A DNA stretch of 64,000 bases, taken from IMG/VR virus record IMGVR_UViG_3300045988_134667, positions 8,223 to 72,222 of that record; one strand, 5' to 3'. The position numbers and the translations under genes were made by a program. This stretch comes from a virus. Below, piece after piece: positions 19,452 to 29,325 of the stretch. Position 1 is the first letter of the stretch; each line of letters starts with the position of its first letter. The notes beneath the pieces were generated by a model. That model had not been told where the DNA came from. It ran no database searches and worked only from the letters and a program-made list of their open reading frames with translations.

Positions 19452-19807
19452 GTATGAAATATCAGCATATAGAATTTATTGATGGTAGCAATCCTTATAT
19501 CAGCAAAACGGAAAAGGATTTCAAATGGATGTGTGAACATTATGTTCTCATTCCGATTGCAGAAAATTTCTGGAAGGCAACCGATAGAATTTATTATAAA
19601 GTAGTTGGTTTTGTAGATAAAGACAAGAGAGCTACTTTTAACAGAAATTACAAGTCAAAAGTAGGTGCAATGAGAGTAATTCGCAAGGCAATTAAAGAGA
19701 ATAAATTTGAATGTATTATACTTAGAAAAGAAGTTGAAGATTTACGGAATGATGAACACTTTGATATTTCAGTAAGTACACCTATTAAAACATGGAATTT
19801 GGTATAG
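19448..19807 (+). CDS. hypothetical protein
   Basis: ORF track. Confidence 0.55.
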   Translation: MSMKYQHIEFIDGSNPYISKTEKDFKWMCEHYVLIPIAENFWKATDRIYYKVVGFVDKDKRATFNRNYKSKVGAMRVIRKAIKENKFECIILRKEVEDLRNDEHFDISVSTPIKTWNLV

Positions 19808-19962
19808 ATTGGAGTGATGAAAATGAAAAACAATGATTATCCAATATATTTTAAGAGTAAAGATAATGATATATATGCAAGCTATGATGGTGTGCGATGG
19901 TTTTGGTATGGAAATATGGAATGTTGTTAGTAAGAAATAGCAATTTCAAAGGAGTTGATTCA

Positions 19963-20169
19963 ATGGAAATTAGAGTAATTGATTGTGATGCAATCGTAGG
20001 CTTTGTTGATTATGGAACTATTGATAGTGAAAAGAATGGTGGTTGGTCAACGAAGATGAGATGTAAAAAATGCGGCGCAGCATGGTTAGCAGAAAATTAT
20101 ATAAATGGAATTGAAACATGTCCAAAGTGTAACGCAACGGGTAAAAAATATGTTATTTCAGTAAATTAG
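19963..20169 (+). CDS. zinc-ribbon protein
   Basis: Trimmed to an ATG (MEIRVIDCD) with SD AAAGGAG; CKKCGAAW...CPKCN. Confidence 0.5.
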   Translation: MEIRVIDCDAIVGFVDYGTIDSEKNGGWSTKMRCKKCGAAWLAENYINGIETCPKCNATGKKYVISVN

Positions 20170-20181
20170 AAAGGACGGTTG

Positions 20182-20568
20182 ATGATTATGTTAAAAGCAA
20201 TAAATATTAAATGGGACACAGATGGAAACAAGGATATATTCAATGAACTTCCAACGGAAATGATTATTCCAAATGAATTGGAAGAACTGTACAAGAAAGA
20301 TAGAGAATACGCACTTGAAGAGATCTCAGATTGGCTATCAGATGAGACAGGATTTTGTCATGACGGATTCAAAGTTGTAATGGAAATCACAAGACAATCT
20401 GTTGAGAACGAATTGTTTGATTTCTTCAATGACAAAATGAAAACTGGCAATGCACCTGAAATTAAAAGAGTTGGTCGTTATCCGGAAGAATATATCACAA
20501 TAGATAGCGGAATTGTTATTGATTGTATAGGTGGAAAGCAGATCAGATTGATTATTCAGGTAGATTAA
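20182..20568 (+). CDS. hypothetical protein
   Basis: ORF track trimmed to an ATG. Confidence 0.5.
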   Translation: MIMLKAINIKWDTDGNKDIFNELPTEMIIPNELEELYKKDREYALEEISDWLSDETGFCHDGFKVVMEITRQSVENELFDFFNDKMKTGNAPEIKRVGRYPEEYITIDSGIVIDCIGGKQIRLIIQVD

Positions 20569-20581
20569 GGAGTGATGATTT

Positions 20582-20917
20582 ATGAATTATATTTATTTTG
20601 GAAACAGAATTGAAAGAAGCCCATTAGGGAATATGGGGTTACAGTTATTAGAAGCTCAAGAGAAATTAGTTTCTCAGGAATACGAAGTTGAGAATCTTAG
20701 AATTAAAGCAGCTATGTATAAAGCATATTTCTTTCGTAATTTTTCATTAGCAGAAAAATTACGAAAACAAAGTGAAGAAAACGGAGATGCACTTATTGGA
20801 GAGTTTGATGGTTTTTCATATGCAAGTTGGAGAGCAAACGCTGTATATAGAACGCTTGAAGATATGTGCGATGAAGGACTATTAACTGAAAAAGAATATA
20901 GAGAATGCAAAGTATGA
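20582..20917 (+). CDS. hypothetical protein
   Basis: ORF track. Confidence 0.5.
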   Translation: MNYIYFGNRIERSPLGNMGLQLLEAQEKLVSQEYEVENLRIKAAMYKAYFFRNFSLAEKLRKQSEENGDALIGEFDGFSYASWRANAVYRTLEDMCDEGLLTEKEYRECKV

Positions 20918-20950
20918 AACAAGAGTTTCTTTAGAAGAATGGAGGCAGAC

Positions 20951-21181
20951 ATGGAAAAAATTGATAATAATATTCAGTTAGCTTTCTTAGGTGGTATGAA
21001 AGCTGGATTAGAAGCATTAATTCATGGACTTGAAGTAGTAGCAGAGAATAATAATGGGCAAGTATCATTTGAGTTTGTTAAAATGGTTTCTGCTAGTACG
21101 ATAGCTGATGTAGAATTAAAATTATCTAGTATAGAGAACGGGAAAGGTCTTATAGATGCTTTAAATAATAAAAGCAAATGA
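20951..21181 (+). CDS. hypothetical protein
   Basis: Trimmed to an ATG with SD GGAGG. Confidence 0.5.
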   Translation: MEKIDNNIQLAFLGGMKAGLEALIHGLEVVAENNNGQVSFEFVKMVSASTIADVELKLSSIENGKGLIDALNNKSK

Positions 21182-21228
21182 AAGATAATTTACAATGCTC
21201 AGGATTTGTTATAAAGGAGAGATGTATT

Positions 21229-21420
21229 ATGGTAAGAATTAAAGATGGAAATTATATAGCAATATTCCACGATAGAATGATTGAAGTAAAAGCAGATTCA
21301 AAAAAAGATGCTTATAATAAAGCAAAAAGATATTTTGAATCAAGAGAACATAGAGAATTATTTGATGGCGAACTAAAAGTGTGTCAGATACCATCTATGA
21401 TAGGTGTTCTGGATGAGTGA
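21229..21420 (+). CDS. hypothetical protein
   Basis: Trimmed to an ATG (MVRIKDG) with SD AAGGAGAG. Confidence 0.5.
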   Translation: MVRIKDGNYIAIFHDRMIEVKADSKKDAYNKAKRYFESREHRELFDGELKVCQIPSMIGVLDE

Positions 21421-21460
21421 AATAAATAGAAAAATATTTATTGGAAAGTAAGGTGGCTAC

Positions 21461-21631
21461 ATGAATATTGTATTAGAAATGGAAATTTGGATTGTTAATG
21501 ATGAGTATTTTATCACACAAGGACTAAACGGATATGAAGTGTATGATTGTGGCGATGATACAAAAGAAGCAAAAGACTTATATACGGGTACATTTGAAGA
21601 ATGTTTGACTTGGATATGGAATAGTATCTAA
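21461..21631 (+). CDS. small hypothetical protein (56 aa)
   Basis: ATG with SD AAGGTGG; frame read manually and ends in TAA. Confidence 0.35.
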   Translation: MNIVLEMEIWIVNDEYFITQGLNGYEVYDCGDDTKEAKDLYTGTFEECLTWIWNSI

Positions 21632-21678
21632 GTCGAATGAAAGGATGATTTCTTGTTTTAGAAATGGAGGAAATAATT

Positions 21679-21939
21679 ATGAGCCAAACAGTATTTGATG
21701 AGAATGATTTTATAAAACGAGTACCAAAAAAGATTTTGGAACGTACAAGAGAAAATATGGAAGTGTATCATATGGATTTAGCAGATTCATTTCAGGAAGC
21801 AACAAGGGAATTAGCAAAGAAAGGTACAACTTTGTGGAAAGCATGGTATTATGATGATTTTAGAGAATATGTACCATGTATTTACTGCCCAGAATATTTG
21901 GATTTATCAAAATATCCATTAAAATACAAAGGGAAATAA
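21679..21939 (+). CDS. hypothetical protein
   Basis: Trimmed to an ATG (MSQTVFDEN) with SD GGAGG. Confidence 0.5.
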   Translation: MSQTVFDENDFIKRVPKKILERTRENMEVYHMDLADSFQEATRELAKKGTTLWKAWYYDDFREYVPCIYCPEYLDLSKYPLKYKGK

Positions 21940-22026
21940 TTCAATGAATCGGAAATTTACTTGGAGAATATGTAAGAGGTTGGAATATTCAATCTCTTAT
22001 TTTTATGGAGAGGAATGATAATTACT

Positions 22027-22251
22027 ATGTTTAATTACAAAGAATTTAAGAAGGAAATGTCTAAAAGATGGCATGAAGTACATAAGAATGGAAAGTATCT
22101 TACAATTATTCCTAATAATAATTACGAGGGATACAGTAAAGGATTTTTGTTTGCAACGGATATCATTAAAGGTTTTGAGAATGTATTAAAGTTACTAAAT
22201 ATGGATCATTTTAATACTTGGATATATAGTGCAAAATTTAAAGTCATGTGA
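22027..22251 (+). CDS. hypothetical protein
   Basis: Trimmed to an ATG (MFNYKEF). Confidence 0.45.
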   Translation: MFNYKEFKKEMSKRWHEVHKNGKYLTIIPNNNYEGYSKGFLFATDIIKGFENVLKLLNMDHFNTWIYSAKFKVM

Positions 22252-22300
22252 TAAAATTATAGTAATGATATTCAATAGTTGGAAAACGGAGGTAATTGTT

Positions 22301-22453
22301 ATGGCACAGTTAATCGGATTTTTAATTGCAGGATATTTATGTATTTATCTTCCTTGGAAAGCGCACCAAAAGGAAGAATCTCGTAAGAGGCAAGATATGT
22401 ATGATAACCTTAATAAGAAGTCTGTTGATGAAATGGAAAAGTGGAGAAAATAG
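22301..22453 (+). CDS. small membrane protein
   Basis: Trimmed to an ATG (MAQLIGFLIAGYLCIYLPW) with SD GGAGG. Confidence 0.45.
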   Translation: MAQLIGFLIAGYLCIYLPWKAHQKEESRKRQDMYDNLNKKSVDEMEKWRK

Positions 22454-22484
22454 TAATATAAAATAAGAAGGGTGGTTGATGATT

Positions 22485-23105
22485 ATGTTCGGAGGACTAT
22501 TAGCGTTCTTAGGAATTTATGCAGGAAGTGCTGCAAAGGCAACTTACGACAATTATGACATGAAGAAAACTACTCGTACAGTTGATAAAGATGGAAATGT
22601 TCATTACATGGACAGGTTATGTAATGATTATATCAATGGAGAGCGAGTAAAGAGGGTTGAAACTACTGATAAAAATGGAGTTAAATTGTATTCTACAGTT
22701 GGTGTGAATAGCAGTAAAGTGTATGACACTTCTTACGGAAGAGGTACACAGCAGTTATTCGAAATGAGTGAACATGATAAACAGGAAAATCTAAAATACG
22801 GGAAAAATGTATATAGTCAATACAATCCATATTTCGGAAAAACTGTTACAACTGAAATTAGTTCAGGCAGAACAATTACCTGTTTGTTTAGCGGTAAAAA
22901 TAGTAAGACTGGTAAAGAGTTCTATAGAGTATGGTATTTCCGTCCAGAATGTCAAGGAAAGCTTGATTACAATACTACTGTTGATGGCGATATGGGAATT
23001 GAAATTACAAAAGAAGAATTTAATAAGTTGAATTTTGGAGCTTTGACATGTACATGTATGCCAAGTGATTATGATGTAGTCCATGCATTATGGGGTGATA
23101 GGTAA
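22485..23105 (+). CDS. secreted or membrane-anchored protein
   Basis: N-terminal hydrophobic MFGGLLAFLGIYAGSAAKA; SD GAAGGGTGG. Confidence 0.55.
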   Translation: MFGGLLAFLGIYAGSAAKATYDNYDMKKTTRTVDKDGNVHYMDRLCNDYINGERVKRVETTDKNGVKLYSTVGVNSSKVYDTSYGRGTQQLFEMSEHDKQENLKYGKNVYSQYNPYFGKTVTTEISSGRTITCLFSGKNSKTGKEFYRVWYFRPECQGKLDYNTTVDGDMGIEITKEEFNKLNFGALTCTCMPSDYDVVHALWGDR

Positions 23106-23353
23106 TGAATAAACAGAGAAGAGAAAAGATAAAGCAACTCAAAACTCAAATTGATTTGATTCAAACCGATTTGAAGAAAGTTTCAAGCGAGTTATCTTCT
23201 ATATTAAGTGAAGAACAGGATGCATTTGATAACATGCCAGAAGGACTACAAAGCAGTTATAGAGGAATGTGTTCTGAAGATGCAATTGACAGTATGGAAG
23301 AAGCAAGTGAGAAACTTGACGAAGTGATTGAGTTGTTGGATGATATTGTGTAG
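23105..23353 (+). CDS. acidic coiled-coil small protein
   Basis: ORF track. Confidence 0.5.
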   Translation: MNKQRREKIKQLKTQIDLIQTDLKKVSSELSSILSEEQDAFDNMPEGLQSSYRGMCSEDAIDSMEEASEKLDEVIELLDDIV

Positions 23354-23510
23354 AATGGAAGGAGCAATAAATAATAGTTTCATTGGAAAATTCAATCAAT
23401 ATATTGTGATTGAATAATGCACTAACTACAATATATAGTACATAAAGAGATGGCTGTTGGTACGAAATGTACTAGCAGCTATTTTATTTAAAAAAATATC
23501 AAAAAGCTAA

Positions 23511-23539
23511 TTGACAAACTAGCAAATAAATGATAATAT
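23511..23539 (+). promoter_or_regulatory. sigma-A-type promoter (TTGACA, 17 bp spacer, TAATAT)
   Basis: -35 at 23511-23516 and -10 at 23534-23539, 25 nt upstream of the RHH gene. Confidence 0.6.
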
Positions 23540-23563
23540 AACTAACATAAGGAGGTAAAGCAA

Positions 23564-23752
23564 ATGAAAAAAACTTTTGCTACTCCTATTGATGAAGAAT
23601 TGCAGAATGAATTTAAAGCCAAATGTAAACAGGAAGGATATAAAATGAATGAAGTAGTAGAAATCCTTATGAATGGTTATATTAATGGTCAAATTCAAAT
23701 TGAGAAAGAAATTTCTTATAAAATTCATCAATCAGGAAAATAAAATAGTGTA
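23564..23752 (+). CDS. ribbon-helix-helix (Arc/CopG-like) DNA-binding protein
   Basis: 62 aa; SD AAGGAGG. KKTFATPIDEELQNEFKAKCKQEGYKMNEVVEILM shows the beta-strand plus two-helix pattern of RHH proteins. Followed by a GTGTAGGTT/AACCTACAC hairpin. Confidence 0.5.
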
Positions 23753-24017
23753 GGTTCTCCACCGACCAAAGCGAAAACCTACACCATCAGCACTTGAACC
23801 TAAGTCCTAGTCGTTACATATTATATCGTATTTTCTGGACTTATTCAAGTCACATTTTCCAAACAAAAATTGCGTACTTTGAAAATTAAATAACAGATTG
23901 GCTATCTGTAAAAGCTGTCGTAATGGAGTTGGAATACTCTCGATAATGTGCGAGCAAAATGGAGAATAAAACATTAGAACATTATCAACAAATTTATATA
24001 AGAAAGGAAGATATAAT

Positions 24018-24974
24018 ATGCGATTAACAAAAGAGCAGAACGAAACAGCAAATCCATTACTTGATAATAGACAACTTAGGGATAAGTGTGTCGGAAGATA
24101 TGAAGTATTGGAACAGGTAAAAACATTGTTACTTTTACCAGATAATGAAACGGCAACGGTAAAACAAATTGCTGAATATTATTCATCAATTAGGACAGAT
24201 GAAGAGAAAGCATTGGGTAAGAAAGATATTATTATTTCAGAAGATGCTATTCAAAAAATTTATCAAAGAAACAAAGAAGAGTTTTCCAATGATGGCGTAA
24301 TGGTTAAAAAGTCTAAAGATTTTTTGAATTGGACAAAGTGTCCAAGTCAAAGAGGAAGTATTACGATGCAATTTGATAGTGGAAAGATACTAACAATATC
24401 AAACGCAGGAATCAAAGTATTTCCTAAAAGAGCAATTCTCAGAATTGGAATGCTTTTAACTGGATCAGAGGTTAGTTCTGAAATCCGTTCACAGCTTCTT
24501 AATATAGAAGAAAAGACTTCAACGGAAATCAAAACAGAAGACATTGAAGAAGAACAGAAGTTAATGCTTAGTGTCGGAATGGCTGTAGCAAGTGGAGATG
24601 CAAATGCGGTTGCTATAGCATCGGCAAATCTTGTAGCATTTAAGAATAGGCATATTGAAAAGTTACAGAATGATAATAAAGCATTAGCAGGTGAAATTCT
24701 TTCATGGTCTGATAGAAAGAAATTGAATGCAGGTGTTAGACAGTTAGCTGCTGTGACAGGTATCCCATTTGGGAATATGTGGAATGAACTTTATAAGAAC
24801 CTTCAGTATAAATATGGAATCTGCTTAAAACAGAGAGGTGAAAAACCATTTATTCAGTGGGTTGATGAAAGTGAATGGGAGAATGTTATCAAGACGTTCT
24901 GTGCAATGTGTGAGGCATATGACCAGTCACCAACAGAGATGTTTCAGCAGACTACACCGAAGATTAAAGCATAA
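24018..24974 (+). CDS. putative phage regulatory or antirepressor-like protein
   Basis: 318-aa ORF; SD AAGGAAG. The family call is a weak inference from overall resemblance to phage Ant/KilA-C-type proteins. Confidence 0.35.
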   Translation: MRLTKEQNETANPLLDNRQLRDKCVGRYEVLEQVKTLLLLPDNETATVKQIAEYYSSIRTDEEKALGKKDIIISEDAIQKIYQRNKEEFSNDGVMVKKSKDFLNWTKCPSQRGSITMQFDSGKILTISNAGIKVFPKRAILRIGMLLTGSEVSSEIRSQLLNIEEKTSTEIKTEDIEEEQKLMLSVGMAVASGDANAVAIASANLVAFKNRHIEKLQNDNKALAGEILSWSDRKKLNAGVRQLAAVTGIPFGNMWNELYKNLQYKYGICLKQRGEKPFIQWVDESEWENVIKTFCAMCEAYDQSPTEMFQQTTPKIKA

Positions 24975-25056
24975 TTACATAACTTCCACGCTGTATATGT
25001 GATGGAAACTGTCTTATACTTTCCAGTTCAAAGAAAGTAGTTTTATAAAGATTGGA

Positions 25057-25650
25057 GTGATGAATATGCCATATATTATATGCAATAATGATAATTATTT
25101 AGCACAGGACATAAAGAATGGATTTTCGATTGTACATAGCGAAGAAGAAGCTTTTAAGTGGCAGAAAATTGACAAGGCAAACAATGTTTGTAAAAAATAT
25201 TGCCAAACTAATAAGCAAGTAAAGAAATATCATTTAGAGGTAAAGTATGTATCTCAAGAGAATAAGGTTTTGAATCCAGTTGCGAAGCCTATTGAATTAG
25301 GGTATGATATTCTTGATAAGGTCAAAGAGATTTCTACATTCACAAAGGAAATCGAAGATAGAAGATTGTATCTAATGGAAATGTTACATAATATAGACTT
25401 GGAAATTGTTGATATTGAACATGCTGCTGAGTTTTATACATTAAATGCTTCTCAGGGATATAAACTATATAAAATGTTACATGATGCACGAATTCAGAGA
25501 AGATCATATAAAGACGAACTTGAAAAGATTAACTTGTCATTGGGAACTTCTATAAGAAGTGCAAATATGGAAAATCTCGAAAAGAGCATTGTAGGAATGG
25601 AACACAGGAAATATGAACCGAGAGTAAATAAGGAATTATTTGGAGTGTAA
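25057..25650 (+). CDS. hypothetical protein; intact paralog of the TAG-interrupted gene at 32213..32829
   Basis: Its C-terminus MEHRKYEPRVNKELFGV matches MDKRTYEPRVMNELFDL in the paralog, and similarity runs along the whole length. Confidence 0.6.
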   Translation: MMNMPYIICNNDNYLAQDIKNGFSIVHSEEEAFKWQKIDKANNVCKKYCQTNKQVKKYHLEVKYVSQENKVLNPVAKPIELGYDILDKVKEISTFTKEIEDRRLYLMEMLHNIDLEIVDIEHAAEFYTLNASQGYKLYKMLHDARIQRRSYKDELEKINLSLGTSIRSANMENLEKSIVGMEHRKYEPRVNKELFGV

Positions 25651-25702
25651 AAAGCCAAGTAAACCAAGTTTTCTTGTGGAATGAAAAGGAGAATAATAGT
25701 GT

Positions 25703-25891
25703 ATGAAAATTAAAGATTTTCTTGAAAATTTTAATGGAGATAATCATATTAAAATTTACGATAGTTATGATTTTAGCACACATAGATATAATCATGTACA
25801 GGAAGCAATTTCTTCCTATGGATATTTCACAGTTAAGAGCTGGGATATTGCAGATGGTGTATTAAAGATAACAATTCGGTCGCAGTTTTAA
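25703..25891 (+). CDS. hypothetical protein
   Basis: ORF track. Confidence 0.45.
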   Translation: MKIKDFLENFNGDNHIKIYDSYDFSTHRYNHVQEAISSYGYFTVKSWDIADGVLKITIRSQF

Positions 25892-25924
25892 TACTAAGAA
25901 ATCTAAGTTTTAGGAGGTATTATT

Positions 25925-26197
25925 ATGACGGTAAAAGATATTTTAACAATAACAGGTGGAAATACAAGATTTTATATTCAAGGAACAACAGAAAAAGACG
26001 AAATTGTTCAGTTAGCATATGGAAAAGTTGACGATATTAAATTCCCGTTAATTCCCTATGGAAAATATGAAGTACAACACATTTCAGTAGATGAAAATTA
26101 TTTATATATTTGCATAGATGATAATATTAGCTTTGCACAAATAAATCCAGAATTAACAGATATTACTTGCGGTGGGTTTACAGGCTATATAATATAA
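25925..26197 (+). CDS. hypothetical protein
   Basis: ORF track; SD AGGAGG. Confidence 0.5.
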   Translation: MTVKDILTITGGNTRFYIQGTTEKDEIVQLAYGKVDDIKFPLIPYGKYEVQHISVDENYLYICIDDNISFAQINPELTDITCGGFTGYII

Positions 26198-26234
26198 AAA
26201 TACCAAGTAAATTTAACTTTCCTTTGGTATAGAA

Positions 26235-26525
26235 ATGGAGAATATTATGTTGAGAAGAAATTTATTTATAGGCATTCCAAATGATAAACTGAAGGAGTGC
26301 TATGAAAGTTATAAGCGTGTTAGTTGTAAAATGGAAGAAGAAAAGGAATTATTTTCTGATCTTGTAACAGAATATAAGACTTTTGTGGAAAGCGAACATC
26401 CAAAAGCAGCAGAAGCAGTTTGTCAGGCTGATATGTTTAATGAGATTGCACATAGATTTTTCAAAATTGTAGAAGTAATTAAGGATAAAGAATTTTGTGA
26501 GATTATGGGAATTGAGGTGAAGTAA
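26235..26525 (+). CDS. hypothetical protein
   Basis: ORF track. Confidence 0.5.
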   Translation: MENIMLRRNLFIGIPNDKLKECYESYKRVSCKMEEEKELFSDLVTEYKTFVESEHPKAAEAVCQADMFNEIAHRFFKIVEVIKDKEFCEIMGIEVK

Positions 26526-26720
26526 ATGGAAAATAGAAATGTAATTGAAACAGTAGTACATACGGCATTAACGAAAAGAGAATTGATTGATTTGATTAAC
26601 AAATCTTTTCCTGATGAAGAGGTTGGTAATCACGGACAGATAGCACAGCTTTCCACAACAACTATGTCAGATGGAACAAAAATGCAGAATGTTTGCTTTG
26701 GCAAGATATTAAAAGTTTAA
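26526..26720 (+). CDS. hypothetical protein
   Basis: ORF track. Confidence 0.45.
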   Translation: MENRNVIETVVHTALTKRELIDLINKSFPDEEVGNHGQIAQLSTTTMSDGTKMQNVCFGKILKV

Positions 26721-26770
26721 TAGCAAGATGAATGAATGATTTGCTTGGAAGATTAGAAGAGGTAATATAA

Positions 26771-26953
26771 ATGAAACAGTATGAAAAATTACAAACAGAT
26801 ATGCAACAGAATTTATCAATAGATGAAATATCTGGGTATTTATTTGCATTAAAAGATGAATATGTTGCATATTGCAATCAAAATGATAAAAGAGTTGATG
26901 ATATATATTCATTGGCTTCATTTTTAGACACTGAGTACAAAGAGGTACAATAA
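26771..26953 (+). CDS. hypothetical protein
   Basis: ORF track. Confidence 0.45.
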   Translation: MKQYEKLQTDMQQNLSIDEISGYLFALKDEYVAYCNQNDKRVDDIYSLASFLDTEYKEVQ

Positions 26954-27353
26954 ATAATGGAACAATGGGATATTACATGCTGTAGATGTGGAAAGTTTAT
27001 TCTGACAGAGCAAAGAGAATCATTTTCTGGAAATATAAAATGTGTCAGAGGTAGTTATGACAATGGATTCTATAATGGAATTGAGGATCGGTTTTATTGT
27101 AAAAAATGTGCTGATAAATTAGGATTGGGGTGATATAGTGTACGAATTTTCAAAAGAGATTATCGAAAAAATCAATGCAGCAAAATGTCTTACTTTAAAA
27201 GAATTAAGGATAACCGAACTTGCATTAAGAATGTATGAAGTAAATGAAGATATTTTAGATGAATCTACTGGCTTATCGAATAATGATAAATACGAACTAA
27301 AATATAACTGTTAAAATAAATGATTTATTGGGAATATTGGAAGAGGTGATATA

Positions 27354-27617
27354 ATGAGCCGAATTAATAAAACGCAAAATAACTTAGATACCGTGTGGAA
27401 TAATTTGGATTTAGCTTATGAACATATGGAAAGAGCTATTGAGGATTTGTCACAAATGACTGGATTATCTGATGAATTAGAGAGAATGGTTGATCAGTAT
27501 GATTTGTCGGAAATAAGTATAATGAAGCAGGAAGTTGAAGAATTGATGTTTAACGCTGATGGAACGCAAAGAACCACTAAAATAGAAGATTATAGAAGTG
27601 GTAAAATTCCACTGTAA
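27354..27617 (+). CDS. hypothetical protein
   Basis: ORF track. Confidence 0.5.
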   Translation: MSRINKTQNNLDTVWNNLDLAYEHMERAIEDLSQMTGLSDELERMVDQYDLSEISIMKQEVEELMFNADGTQRTTKIEDYRSGKIPL

Positions 27618-28028
27618 ATGACGATTTCTTATGGAGGATTTGGAGGTAATAATATGAAGGTGCTTGGAAGCTTTGTAGATTGTGTTTATGAGTCACATTT
27701 ATACAAAGAGGATATTGGAGATATTAGAACAAAACTTATAAGTAGATTACCAGATAAAAGAATCTGTGAAATGGCAAGTGTACTTATAATCGACACAAAA
27801 TATGATGCGTATGTTGTGAAAATACGAAGACCTGAGTTGAATAGTAACGGATTCGTTGACATAGAAAAGACTCATAAGAAAATTTACGAAACTGATTTTA
27901 TTGAAATTTCAAAGCGTGATTATAATGGATTAGATTGGAAAGAAGCTGTTAAGAAAACAGATGAATTAATGAAACCAAGCTCGTTTGTTATTTTCAAAAC
28001 AGATATTGATGTAGATACATTAATCTAA
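27618..28028 (+). CDS. hypothetical protein
   Basis: ORF track. Confidence 0.5.
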   Translation: MTISYGGFGGNNMKVLGSFVDCVYESHLYKEDIGDIRTKLISRLPDKRICEMASVLIIDTKYDAYVVKIRRPELNSNGFVDIEKTHKKIYETDFIEISKRDYNGLDWKEAVKKTDELMKPSSFVIFKTDIDVDTLI

Positions 28029-28037
28029 TGAAAAGAA

Positions 28038-28343
28038 TTGTTTCAAAAGAAAGGATATGATATTATGGTTAAGTTGAAAGTTGGAAGAAATATATTAGAC
28101 ATAAGTGAAAATGATTTGATACTTGATAATGGAGCTTGTTATCAAATTGTAACACAAAAAATTGGATATGGATTCAACAAAGCAGTTCCTAAAATGAGCA
28201 AGAAATTATTTAGCGATTTAAAAAACACAGGGTTAATTTTTACAAATGATGAGTTAAGACAGGCTGCCATAAAGAGATATGGAAATATTGTTGAAACATA
28301 TTGGAAATTTAATATAGAAAGTATGAAAAAATTGGGATATTAA
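28038..28343 (+). CDS. hypothetical protein
   Basis: ORF track. Confidence 0.5.
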   Translation: MFQKKGYDIMVKLKVGRNILDISENDLILDNGACYQIVTQKIGYGFNKAVPKMSKKLFSDLKNTGLIFTNDELRQAAIKRYGNIVETYWKFNIESMKKLGY

Positions 28344-28446
28344 ACCTAAAGAAAAATTGCTTTCAAGTGGAGGCAGATGTGTTATATAATATTGGTGATA
28401 AATTGAAATGTAAACATGAATTTAGCGGTGAAACCGAGGAGCAGCA

Positions 28447-28713
28447 ATGATTAATTTGAATTGGTTGAAAAATAAGATATGTGAAAAAGAGATTGTTTGG
28501 GATAAAATCCGAATGTACGGAGAGGAGGAACATCAATTCAGCTATTGGATAATGGCAGTCATCTCCACCGATAATAAGATAGAATGGTATGTAAAAAATA
28601 CAGCTATTAACGAAGTTATTTTCGAAGGAAATACATATGAATCCTGTGTTAATTTTCTTGAAACACTTATAAATAAGTTGGTTGAAACTGGAAAATATAA
28701 ATATTTGGAATAA
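28447..28713 (+). CDS. hypothetical protein
   Basis: ORF track. Confidence 0.5.
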   Translation: MINLNWLKNKICEKEIVWDKIRMYGEEEHQFSYWIMAVISTDNKIEWYVKNTAINEVIFEGNTYESCVNFLETLINKLVETGKYKYLE

Positions 28714-28763
28714 ATGAAAGTAGAAGCAGAATAAACTGCTTCTTTTTTAATGCAGAAAACGAG

Positions 28764-29039
28764 GTGATAATAATGAATATGGGAAATCCAAAAAGAGCAT
28801 CAAGATTTTTATGTCTTCACTGTATGAAAATTAATCAGTTAGGAAGTGGTATACAGAGAAATGGAAATCAGCGTAAGAAGAAACATATCAAAGACTTAAC
28901 ATGTTTTAATGAAGGCTGTAATGGAGAAATCACGAAAAACGTAGAAATTCGTTGGTGTGACGATTATCTGGAAATGTTGGATTATGCTCAACGAATTAGA
29001 TCACGTTATTATACGGATAAAGTAGAGAATAATATGTAG
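28764..29039 (+). CDS. zinc-binding small protein
   Basis: CLHC...CFNEGC pattern. Confidence 0.45.
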   Translation: MIIMNMGNPKRASRFLCLHCMKINQLGSGIQRNGNQRKKKHIKDLTCFNEGCNGEITKNVEIRWCDDYLEMLDYAQRIRSRYYTDKVENNM

Positions 29040-29043
29040 GAAG

Positions 29044-29325
29044 GTGGAATATAGTATGGAAAATTATAAAATTAGTTATAATGGTGATACTCAAATTAAA
29101 AATATTCACCATATAGGTGTTGATTATAATGGAAATTATTATAGCGTGATTTTCGGAGAATATGTAAATGGAGGATTCTTTAGTATTCCGAACTGGAATT
29201 GCGGTGGTGAGTTAGCTGGGCTTAGTGATGTGTTTTGGAATACAGAATCTATTCAGAAATCATTAAAAAGTAAAAGAGCAGCTAAAGCTATTGCAAAAGC
29301 GATAGAAGATTACACAAAGGAGTGA
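29044..29325 (+). CDS. hypothetical protein
   Basis: ORF track. Confidence 0.5.
   Translation: MEYSMENYKISYNGDTQIKNIHHIGVDYNGNYYSVIFGEYVNGGFFSIPNWNCGGELAGLSDVFWNTESIQKSLKSKRAAKAIAKAIEDYTKE

Noticed and set aside
24018-24974. Confident antirepressor (KilA-C/Ant) assignment
   Set aside because: Only a vague overall resemblance; no diagnostic motif was identified.
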